From Octopus bimaculoides (Eukaryota), in contig NC_068982.1 in NCBI RefSeq assembly GCF_001194135.2, forward strand, positions 68,921,229 to 68,969,129: a stretch of 47,901 nucleotides of DNA, given 5' to 3'. This document shows positions 36,235 through 47,901 of the stretch, piece by piece. The notes beneath the pieces were generated by a model, which worked only from the letters and a program-made list of their open reading frames with translations, did not search any database and had not been told where the DNA came from. A program made the translations under genes and the position numbers. Position 1 is the first letter of the stretch, and every line of letters starts with the position of its first letter.

Positions 36235-36960
36235 CGAGGTCTGATCAATAAGTATCCGGACTGTTGCCATAATAACGAGGCTAAATCACGCAGAGTAAAG
36301 CTACTTGGCAAAGATTGACCTTGAACACTACTTTGCATGCGAACTAAGTTTTAACGTTCTAGCTCACTTCTGATGTTTATAGCTGTGCTCGGAAAGGTGT
36401 GTAGCGTGTGATCGTGGCATTGATCATGACAGAGAAAGTTGTCAAGGAGATACCTGCTCGGAAGCCTACGCAAAGTTGCAGGAAGTGTATGAAGAGGAGT
36501 GTATGGGCCGCACACAAGTGTACGAGTGGTTCAGACGTTTCTAAGATGGCCGAAAAAATGTCGATATTGTTCCACGTTCTGGGAGACCCGCAAACAGCAG
36601 AACTGAGAAAAACATTGCAGATGTGCGTGCAGCTGTGAGGGGGAAATTGTCGAATCATCATCTGTGAGCTATCAGAGGATGTGCAGATCAATCTCGGTCC
36701 AGTTCAGTCCATTATCACTGAAGGTTTTGATATGAGACGCGGGTCTGCCAATTTTTTCCTAAATCTGCTTTCAGCTAACCAAAAGGATACTCGGGTTTCA
36801 GTTGCAAAAGATCTCCTTGATTGCGTCGAGAACGATGAAAAATTTTTGAAAACTAAACGTAGGCCTCTGAGCAGGTATCGCCAAGCTTTTGGCAAAATTT
36901 GATGCAGGTTCTCTATTCAACTTACTCTGTTATGGTTAATGTGACGATCTTACGCTACAC
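36235..36960 (+). mobile_element. rearranged mariner, copy 2 (left end, DNA-binding domain, inverted left end)
   Basis: TIR CGAGGTCTGATCAATAAGTATCCGGACT. Decayed ORF GDTCSEAYAKLQEVYEEECMGRTQVYEWFRRF*DGRKNVDIVPRSGRP...SANFFLNLLS...NDEKFLKT. From about 36858 an inverted left-end copy runs until a (TATG)n tract. Confidence 0.88.
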
Positions 36961-37273
36961 GCGTATACGTATGTATGTATGTATGTATGTATGTATGTAT
37001 GTATGTATGTATGTATGTATGTATGTATGTATGTATGTANNNNNNNNNNNNNNNNNNNNNNNNNNNNNNNNNNNNNNNNNNNNNNNNNNNNNNNNNNNNN
37101 NNNNNNNNNNNNNNNNNNNNNNNNNNNNNNNNNNNNNNNNNNNNNNNNNNNNNNNNNNNNNNNNNNNNNNNNNNNNNNNNNNNNNNNNNNNNNNNNNNNN
37201 NNNNNNNNNNNNNNNNNNNNNNNNNNNNNNNNNNNNNNNNNNNNNNNNNNNNNNNNNNNNNNNNNNNNNNNNN

Positions 37274-37354
<81 letters not shown>

Positions 37355-37411
37355 TATACAGATATATGTAAACGTATAGATATAAATACACACAGATATA
37401 TACATGTCTCT

Positions 37412-37446
<35 letters not shown>

Positions 37447-37966
37447 TATACTGACATGCATACATACATTCGTACATACATATATATGTATGTATGTGTG
37501 TATGTATATATGTATGTATCTAGAAGGACACGTCTTGCAAACTGGCCGACATACTCAAAACTGCAGACACGTTCATCATCAGGAATTAAATGAAGTGTTA
37601 TCCGAACTTTTCTTGAGTAAATGTGGAAAACCAGGAATTCTATGAAATTTCTCAGAATATGCATATCTCATTTTATTATCGTAAGTTTATATAACGTACG
37701 AAAACTCAGAACGACTTTCAATTAGCTTTTTATTAAGTCAACTAGTTTGCAGAACCATGATGTGTTCCAGTCACATCTACTTTTAACATAGTCTCTAGGG
37801 ACGATTATTTTATGGTGAAATAATCCTGGAGCTAGTACATGTCGACATTTGAGTGTATAGCAACGTGTTGCAAATAGATGCACGCACCTATTGCTTTTTC
37901 GATATAGATAAAGCGCTGAATATTATTTTGTCAAGCATTTTTAAAGACATCTGCCACAGAATGATT

Positions 37967-38007
<41 letters not shown>

Positions 38008-38212
38008 TGTATGTTTGCATGTATGTATGTGTGTATGTGTGTGTGTGTGTGTGTGCAAAAAATGCGCGCGCGTGTTTTAAGAAAATCTCAGACAATTTCT
38101 AATACATAACGCCATCGTAGCTTACCCGAGGGAGTTGATGGGGCAAGATTGTGGCAATAAATATCTCTACGGTAGTACAGACATTGACTCTGAACCACAT
38201 ATACACCCGCAG

Positions 38213-38268
<56 letters not shown>

Positions 38269-38815
38269 GTGTACATATACTTGCATATTATAGATAGAAA
38301 TTGATCAATGTTGATCTATCTATCTGCATATATATATAATTAGCAAAATTTAACATACTTACATACATACACATATGTATGTGTGTGTATGTATGTATAT
38401 ATATGAATTAGCAAATTTATTAGTTTCGCTGGACGCCTCATAATTTATTAAGAACAACGTGGCGTTCGATTTATCTTCCATTTCTACTTCAAGAAAACTT
38501 AAATTGTTTTCTATATATTTTTGTTTATCCCCTATGAATTTCTCAAATCATTTATACTTTTACTATTTTTAAAATTCTCTCTATTTTTCTCTATGAATTC
38601 ACGCAGAAATTCATTACAATTAATTATAGTTTTCAATCAGCTGGACAAAAATTGTTCACAATTTTTCTAGTAAAAATCAAACAAAACTATTAAACAAATA
38701 ATACAAAATCGATTAGTAAATTAAAAAATAAATGCTTTCACTGTTTATTTATTCATGATAAACGTTAAGTTTGATTCGTTCAAGTCAGTCAATGAGGTTA
38801 GTATTTTTTCTTTAC

Positions 38816-38839
38816 CAATGTCGTCGCTCACATTCATAT
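38816..38839 (-). CDS. otp: candidate 24-nt frame-preserving micro-exon of otp (D/MNVSDDI/D)
   Basis: Minus strand: branch-like CTAAC (38872-38868), tract gcaatctctttcAG (AG at 38841-38840), exon ATATGAATGTGAGCGACGACATTG, donor GTAAAG (38815-38810). Phase 1 at both ends, no stop, in frame with the flanking exons. Confidence 0.4.
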
Positions 38840-39049
38840 CTGAAAGAGATTGCTTTCTGTTTTTAGTGTTAGATATTTGAATCTATTCATTTATGGTGTC
38901 AATTTTCATAGCATTTAGATTGTCAGTGCATGTTTGCTTTCAAGCGTTCACATACAATTTTCCAATATTGATTTAATTCCAACCCTATTCCCGCATTCGT
39001 CGCTGTCTCTTAATATTTCACACAATAGATGAAAACCAGTTTCTTACAT

Positions 39050-41010
39050 TTGGTTGGTGGGCTGACGCAATCGATAGCGCAAAGGACAAAATGCCTTGCA
39101 TAATTTGTAACTTACTTTTAAGTGCTAAGTTCAATTTCTACTGAAATCAACATTGCATTTCGCGTTTCAGAGTCGTTAAAATTAGTACAAGCTAAATACT
39201 GGAGCTCATTTAATCAACTATTCTCTCCTACTAATTGAAAACCATGTGTCTAACTTAGAAGTCATAAAAGTGGTGGATTAACAGAATATTAAGAGCATCG
39301 GACAAAATACTTTGCGGTATTTCTTCCGACACTTTAGCTTCTGAATTCAAATCTTGCCAAGGTCAACGTTGTCTTTCCTCTTATCGGTGTCTATGAAATT
39401 AAGTATTAGTCAAGCCACTGATATCGACAAATTCCCTTCTCTCAAAATTGCAGCTCTCGTGCTTATATAAGAATTAATTATAAGATCGGTGGTGGATAGG
39501 ACGAATAGTTAGATCATCGAGCAAAAAACTTTGCTTATATACTTTATGTGGTTCTTTACGTGTTGATTTCGAATCCCAACGAGGTTAATCCTGCCTTTAA
39601 TTTTTCAGGATCGATAAAATAAGTACGATGTAATCAACAAACCATTATCTCGAAACTACTGGCCATGTGCCTAAATTGAAACGATTATATAGCATTAAAG
39701 CGGCGACTTGGCAAAATCACCCGAACATTGGAAAAATGCCTTGCGATATTTCGTTCGAATCTTTACGCTATGATTTCAATCCAGTCGAGGTAAACTTTGC
39801 CTTTCATCTTTTCAGTATAGATAAAAAAACAAGTACCAGTCAAATACTGGAGTCGATGTAATTGACTAACTTCCAATCCTCGAAATTGTTAGCCTTGTAC
39901 TTTAATCAGAAACCAATATTATTGGTTTCAAATTTTGGTGCAAGGCCAGCGATTTTGGGGATGTGGCTAAATCGATTAAATTGACCCCAGTGTTCAACTG
40001 GAACTTATTTTATCGATCCCAAAAGGATGAAAGGCAAAGCCAACCTCAGCGGAATTTGAACTTAAGACGTAAAGATGGACGAAATGCCGCTAAGTATTTT
40101 GTCCGGCGATCTTACGATTCTGCTTACTCGACGCAGAATTAATTAATAACAATGGTTTCTAAGGCGGCGACCTAGCAGAATCGTTAACACGCCAGACAAA
40201 ATGCTCTGTACCATTTCGTTCGTTATGAGTTCAAATAGTAGAAAGGATTATTACTATGCAATGGTAGATTGAAAGAATCATTAGTATATTGGAAAATTCT
40301 TTGCTGTATTCCTTCCGTTTTTTTACGATCTGAGTTCAAATTCCACCGGGGTTAACTTTGCTTTTCAACCCTCTGAGGGCAACGAAATAAAGTAGCAGTC
40401 AAGAACTAAGGTCGACATTATCATCTATGCTCCTCGAGTCAAAATTGTTTCCGAATATGGCACAAGGTCAGTATTTTGGAGGGAGAATAGTAGTTGATAA
40501 CATCGACTCCAGTGCTTAAGTGCTGTTTTTTTTATATCAACGATGACAGGACGAAAGGCAAAATTAAAGTCGACGGGATTTGAACTCTGAATGTAAAGAG
40601 CCAGAACAAATTCCACAGGTGCCCCATCATGGCCTCAGCTCTCGAGCTGAAACTAATAAAAGAAAAGAAAAACACTTTATGGATTCTGTTAATACACCAC
40701 CCTGTAAAAAAACATTTATATCAGCTTTTATTATTTTTTTGAGCTCTAATTTTCACAAAGCCAGTGACCTAGTTTCCATGTCGTATAAGCGACCGAGATC
40801 ATTCCCCTGAATGGGTCGCCAGTAATTTTGAGGAGAGGAGACAAATCGATTACATCGACGCTTGACGAATACTTTATTTTACTGACTCGGAAGGGATGAA
40901 AAGTTGACCTCGGCGGAATTTGAACCCAGAACGGAACGTAAAAAACCAGAAGAATTGCCGCTAAACATTTTGTCCGACGTGCTAACAACTCTGCCAGGTC
41001 GTCGCCTATT
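39050..41010. mobile_element. dense cluster of about 9 diverged family A SINEs in both orientations
   Basis: Four plus-strand tandem units (about 39050, 39265, 39485, 39695), a minus copy at 39920-40135, a plus head at 40160, a plus copy at 40260-40455, and minus copies at 40455-40610 and 40815-41010. Confidence 0.7.
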
Positions 41011-41214
41011 TTGTAAGGATTAACATCTTAATGTTTTTAATCTTTTTATTTTGTGATATTCTAAAGGAATCCAGCCTGTGAAACTTTATTGGAATGTATT
41101 ATCGTTATTATTTACTCAGTTATTTAAGCTTATTATTTACCGTCAGTATTATTTTTCTCTACATCATTATTTTATGGAAGGATACAATAATAAACGACAC
41201 GATTTGCGTAATAC

Positions 41215-42257
<1,043 letters not shown>

Positions 42258-42389
42258 TTCTATATATTTTGTGCTTATTGTTCTGTTAGCACCAGGTATT
42301 CTGGAAACTAATCGTAAAAACATACTCTTAAATAACCCGCACATGTGAATGTCGGAGTGCACTGTTATTTGTAGAATTCCATTCATTCA

Positions 42390-43025
42390 TCCATCTTCTC
42401 CGCCTTCTGTTCCTAGGAGGGCTGTGGGTGTAGAGTCCTCACGCACTTCCTTCATAGGGTCTAATAAGGAACAATGGTTGTTACACTTTCCCAAGCGTGA
42501 CCAAGTGAGACGATGGGTATAATCTGCCCGTTTCACTCGTCCTCTACCCGTAGATCTGTCGGTCGGCTCGGTTTGAAAGAGCTGTTTTGCAATTCTTTCC
42601 TGCAACATTCTAATCACATATCCATAGAACCAGAGCTGTGACGTCTCATTGCGGAGAAATAACGGCTCGATCTGGAGAGATTTCACGACCTCCGAGATTC
42701 ACACCTTGTCAAGTAACGTATCTCTCGAGGCTCTTCAGAGCAATCCTATTTCAACTGTTATATTCGTGACCATACTCTTTTGATCATTACCTAACATAGG
42801 TTAAAATAGGCACGGAAATCGAACTGAAGATAGGAAGTTTGGCTGTCTTGACAACTTCTGGTCATCTGAGGACTGAGTGCTGGATCTGGCGCTCTACTGT
42901 GCCAGTACTTTCAATTCTATCATCTAATTTAGCCTCCAGCTTGCCATCACACGTGAATACGGCTCCGAGGTGCTTAAACTTCTCTACTTGTTTCAGTGAT
43001 GTTCCTCTCAATATTTGTGCAATTG
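42390..43025 (-). mobile_element. decayed RTE-clade (Rex3/Expander-like) LINE ORF 3' part
   Basis: Minus frames: LKQVEKFKHLGAVFTCDGKLEAKLDDRI...KLPIFSSISVPILTY..YGHE and SQLWFYGYVIRMLQERIAKQ...GRGR...D..HRLTWSRLG. These are RTE post-RT motifs with stops. Confidence 0.85.
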
Positions 43026-45437
43026 TATTCTTATATTAGCCTATGTTGATTGGTTTGTGATATTTAAGGCTAATCTGTTTCTGTTTTAAGGATTATATTC
43101 CTTCCAAGTGGTATCCATATCATAGACGTAACAAGTCTTCTTTAAGGGTACATCCAAAAAGAAAATTTTACCTGCGTTAGCTGAATTACTTTAACTACCT
43201 TTGATGTTTTGATTATGTTGGATTTCATTTATTGCACCTGTGTTGTTACATTAAATTTATCACCTTCATTTGTGATGTCACCACTGGACATGACACCTCG
43301 TGAATACTGAATTTAATTAACACTAGGATTAATTTTACTTTGCATCCCAATGCAGACGATAAAGTTATACAATATGTGTAATAGTAACGTCAGTTTCATA
43401 AATTAAGCATGAAGTTCTACCTATATGTAATTATTCAAGGGTATATTGAACATAAAGTTTGTAATTGGTTTGATGTGCAGGGAGTTCTGTTTAATAATGT
43501 ATTTGATGGACATTTCCACCATTTTGTTTTAATTGAAGTGCATTTTCAATTTATATTTCATGTGTTACTTAGGCTTGATGTTCCTTATCGAGGTTTTCTC
43601 GTTTTACCATAGGGGTTTTCACTAGCTGAGAATATAAATCAGTTTATGTCACTAAACTATAATTCTATCTCCTGAATCGCTTGATAGAAATTACATTTGT
43701 TAATTCCTTCCAAGCTTTATGCCATTAAATTTCTGAGATCCTCAATGTAGCAATTACTATTATATAAGTTGGTAACTTAAAAAATGATATATTTCATGTG
43801 AGAAGAGTTAACTTATTCATCCAAGTGTAGTATGAGGTGTTTCATTTACTAATTTTTCTCATGAAGTATCTGTTATTTTATTGGAATGCATGTGACACAT
43901 TGCTGAGTTTAGCCTTTATCAACTGAAAATGATGGTTATCATTTATGTCAAGGGGGAAAATGATGGTCACCACTTATGCCAAGGAGGAAAATTACTTAAA
44001 ATTTTTTGTTGAAAGACATTTTATTTTCGGTATGTAGCGATTCCAGGAGAATCGAAATTAATCGGCCTTTACAGGTATTTACCATTCAGAAACACAAATT
44101 TAAGCGAAGTATTTATTATTGGTTCAGTAATCGGATCCACGGTTTATATTTCAAAGAAATATTGCTTTTGAAACACATTTTACTTACACGTAAACACATT
44201 TATATACAGACACACTTATGTACTGAAACACTTATGCCTTCCCTTATACCTACGCGTTTCTACGTTTATTTTTCGATGCATTTTTTTAATGTGACAAAGA
44301 AGGGATATATTTTCCTTTCTATCTCTATTTGGATATATTAACCAATCAGTTGTTTCTGCTTTCTAATTATCTACTTTTTATTTCAAGCAAAACATTTTTT
44401 TTTATCCAACTCATCTGAACGTCATGTTTTTTTTACCGCCTTATTTTGACATTCCCACAAACATTATTACAATATTCTAGAAATTATTGAAAACCACAAT
44501 CAATCATATTTCGTTTTTTTCTCTCCTTGTCTACCAATCTTAAAATATTTTCCATTCTTTATTCACTCCAGTTTCTTAAGACCTGATCATATTTAAGTAT
44601 ACTGTTTCATGCTAATATTTTTTCTTATCTCATTTGTTTTTAAATTTATTTTCCTCTATATTAAATTCAACAGAAATATTTTTGTGTTTTACGACCAAAT
44701 TAACATTTTACATTGTTTGTTGAAAGAAACACAACTTCATATTTTAAAATATGAATAAAAAATCTAAAACAAAATTGTAACTGGAGCAAGACAGAATTGT
44801 ATAAATATGATATTAAGAGCTAAATATGAATATTATATTATGACAATCAGGGAAGCTTTAGAAAGTATATTTTAAAACTTATTTTTATGATGCCTGCGCA
44901 TTCCGTCAAGAATGAGAAGGCTTCAGATGTGAGGTAGGTTAAATGTGAACATACTAAACTGAGTATTTTGACCATTGCAATAAGATTAACTTGAACATTA
45001 TTTCATATATAAATATTACATATTTATAAAGGCATATACTTATAAAGATCTATTTTTATATTAAACAAATAATATAAGGATGAAATTGATTGAAATATAA
45101 GCTAATATATAGATAGGAACAAAAGACAGTTTTTAAGAAATGAAATGGGGAATAGGCTAGTAAGTATTCTTTATCAAATCTAGTGGAATAAAGAGTAAGG
45201 TCAAATTTGATGTGGCTCGAACATAGAATATAAAAAGACATACCCTGTACTGTGCAGCTTTTGCCAACTGATAGTCTGTCCATGAAAATTTATTCAAACT
45301 AAACTCTGGTTACAAAATATGAAAAATTTCAGTGGTTGGTAGAATACTTGTGATACGGAAATTCATATTAAGGAATAGGAATGTAGCATATACTTCTGTA
45401 TATCAATGGTTAAGCAAGAAAAAGTGAAGAACTATCA

Positions 45438-45607
45438 CAATCGTTAGCACGCCGGACGTAATGCTTAGCGGCACTTCCCCCCACCTTAATGTTCATTTTT
45501 CTTTCGGGGTCGATAAAATAGGTACCAGTTGAGTACTGGAGTCGACGTAATCGACTAGCCATCTCACTACAAATTTTTGGCCTTGTGCCTACAGCAGAAA
45601 GAAATAT
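45438..45607 (+). mobile_element. family A SINE with internal deletion
   Basis: aatcgttagcacgccggacgtaatgcttagcgg...ttcggggtcgataaaataggtaccag...ggccttgtgcctacagcagaaag. Confidence 0.75.
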
Positions 45608-46009
45608 TCAAACATGAAGTATGTTATTAAACATATGAAGTTTGGTTAGGAGAGACCACGATGATGTTTCCGTAAAGACTTCATTTTTATTATTATTACT
45701 GCAGAGATAGGAGTGATAGGCTTCTGCTTGTTTCCCCACTTTCTCGAGATGACTGGAAATTAGCGTTTCTTCAAACGCAAACTGCATTTCAAGTGACAAA
45801 TGTTTGTTTAAATCTAAATGAAGAAAATTTATTGCTTTCTGATCTCGTAAAATGTGGTAACTTAAAACCATATACGCCATTCTAAAACATTGATAGATCC
45901 GTCGAATTCAAACCTGGTCTCCAAACTCTTCATACGTTAAGGGTGATATAGGGACAGTGTTTTATATATATGTATGTGTACATACATACATACATACAGA
46001 CGTACATAT

Positions 46010-46166
46010 GGAGGTGACTCTGTGGTAAGAAGTTTGCTTTTCAACCACACGGGTCCGGGTTTAGTCCCACTGCGTGGCACCTTGGGCAAGTGTCTTCTGG
46101 TATAGCCTTGGGCCGACCAAAACCTCGTGAGTAGATTTGGTAGACGGAAACTGAAAGAAGCCCGTC

Positions 46167-46215
<49 letters not shown>

Positions 46216-46719
46216 NNNNNNNNNNNNNNNNNNNNNNNNNNNNNNNNNNNNNNNNNNNNNNNNNNNNNNNNNNNNNNNNNNNNNNNNNNNNNNNNNNNNN
46301 NNNNNNNNNNNNNNNNNNNNNNNNNNNNNNNNNNNNNNNNNNNNNNNNNNNNNNNNNNNNNNNNNNNNNNNNNNNNNNNNNNNNNNNNNNNNNNNNNNNN
46401 NNNNNNNNNNNNNNNNNNNNNNNNNNNNNNNNNNNNNNNNNNNNNNNNNNNNNNNNNNNNNNNNNNNNNNNNNNNNNNNNNNNNNNNNNNNNNNNNNNNN
46501 NNNNNNNNNNNNNNNNNNNNNNNNNNNNNNNNNNNNNNNNNNNNNNNNNNNNNNNNNNNNNNNNNNNNNNNNNNNNNNNNNNNNNNNNNNNNNNNNNNNN
46601 NNNNNNNNNNNNNNNNNNNNNNNNNNNNNNNNNNNNNNNNNNNNNNNNNNNNNNNNNNNNNNNNNNNNNNNNNNNNNNNNNNNNNNNNNNNNNNNNNNNN
46701 NNNNNNNNNNNNNNNNNNN

Positions 46720-46766
<47 letters not shown>

Positions 46767-46965
46767 GTGTCTGTATTTGTCTCCCCCACCATCACTTGAC
46801 AACCGATATTGGTGTGTTTACATACCCGTAACGTAGAGGTTCGGCTAAAGAGCCCGATAGAATAAGTACTAAGCTTATAAAGAATAAGTCCTGGGGCCGA
46901 TTTGTTCGACAAAAGACGGTGCTCCAGCATGGCCGCTGTCAAATGGCTGAAACAAATAAAAGAAT
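46010..46965 (+). mobile_element. family B (CORE-like) SINE spanning an (AT)n tract and assembly gap
   Basis: Head and CORE-like part at 46010-46170 (accttgggcaagtgtcttct). Internal (AT)n contains the N gap 46216-46720. Body and tail at 46760-46965 end in ctgaaacaaataaaaga. Confidence 0.85.
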
Positions 46966-47593
46966 ATATATTGATTCCGTTGAGTCAGGATATTGCAATA
47001 GGTGTATTGCCAATACAGCACTCAACTTCAATTCCTGGTTATCTGCACTCTCTTACTGGATCTTTGAGAAAAATAAAAAAAGAAAGTGAACGACCGCTGA
47101 TGCAGAAGCCCCAGGAACATGACTGGTGAAAGCAGTGGTTAAGTCTTACCAAGAGTAATGAATATATCGTACAAGTAAGATAGCTCACAATGTAAAAACG
47201 TACACCTTGATGCTACTCTGATGAAGTGCTGCTGCAATTTAATCAACCTCACCAATTACGCAACTTTTCACATAGAATCGTTTACGCGCAATGAAGTTTG
47301 AAACGGAGCGATACAGAAAAAAACGTGACTAAGAATAAAAGTTATGCTACATTCCTTCTTTGTCTTCTTACATGTAATACACACACAGACATATGTATAT
47401 GTGTGTGTGTGAGTATAAAACAGAAATAGAGTTCAGAGAAACAGAGGGCACTGTAGTTGTCACAGAAGATGTATAAGAGTGACAATACATTTGTCGGCTA
47501 GTGGTCATAGCCTGTTTGTGAATGAAGATATTTCCTCTCTACCCATATGGATATGTAATATATTATTACATAGAATACATGCTTTCCTCTTAC

Positions 47594-47615
47594 CCGACTT
47601 ATAGCATACCAACAT
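47594..47615 (-). CDS. otp: candidate first coding exon of otp (MLVCYKS + 1 nt)
   Basis: ATG TTG GTA TGC TAT AAG TCG G|GTAAGA. Strong phase-1 donor, matching the phase-1 acceptor of the homeobox exon. An in-frame TAG lies two codons upstream of the ATG. A possible acceptor (tttgctacAG) ends at 47636. Signals and frame only; no homology confirmed. Confidence 0.5.
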
Positions 47616-47901
47616 TGCCTAATCTTATTACATTTCTGTAGCAAATATAATAAAATAACATTGAGACTGAGACAAGAAATTGAAATAATTATTGAAATAG
47701 AAAATATATTTATTCTTTGTTTTGTTTTTCGTTTGACGTCGAGAAAACAATTAACCAAACGGAGAAAGCTTGAAACAAAAAAAAAAAAAAGAAAGATATT
47801 ACTGGTTAGATGTAATGTTTTATTAATGTATCGCGTGAAATACACATCCATTCAATCACAGATCACATCACACACATGAAATAAAATAAAATAATACCTG
47901 T

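Noticed and set aside
38126-38189. Possible 64-nt otp exon ending TCG G|GTAAGC
   Set aside because: The donor is good and phase 1, but the acceptor lacks a pyrimidine tract, lies beside a (GT)n repeat, and the phase-0 entry would frameshift against the proposed upstream exon.
47140-47260. Other minus-strand GT donors (G|GTAAGA near 47149, G|GTGAGG near 47252) as otp first exons
   Set aside because: No in-frame open ATG-initiated stretch upstream. They could at most be non-coding exons, and there is no evidence for that.

Overview
AT-rich eukaryotic DNA with many microsatellites and 12 assembly gaps. The repeat landscape suggests a coleoid cephalopod, probably Octopus; this is inference, not a database match. 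The window is dominated by one minus-strand PRD-class homeobox gene, orthopedia (otp). Two exons are certain: 32594-32173 (N-terminal region plus homeodomain residues 1-46) and 2937-2407 (homeodomain residues 47-60, the conserved DTLCSF/DTRW motif and the OAR domain). A 29.2-kb phase-0 intron separates them. Two further upstream exons are proposed only from splice signals and reading frame: a 22-nt start exon (47615-47594, MLVCYKS) and a 24-nt micro-exon (38839-38816). Together these give a 332-aa ORF, or 324 aa if the micro-exon is skipped. The introns contain many tRNA-derived SINEs of three recognisable families (often in tandem or inverted arrays), RTE and CR1-like LINE remnants, mariner remnants, a foldback MITE and a Penelope-like element (PLE). 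Most interesting observations: (1) a PLE GIY-YIG ORF end followed directly by a tRNA-like Pol III promoter and a hammerhead-type tail that is also copied in inverted orientation at its 5' end; (2) a second palindromic hammerhead-like family; (3) two copies of a rearranged mariner that keeps only the DNA-binding domain between two inverted left ends; (4) an 80-bp near-perfect hairpin 107 nt from the last otp splice acceptor; (5) the candidate micro-exon. Almost all long ORFs in the supplied track are microsatellite or N-gap artefacts.
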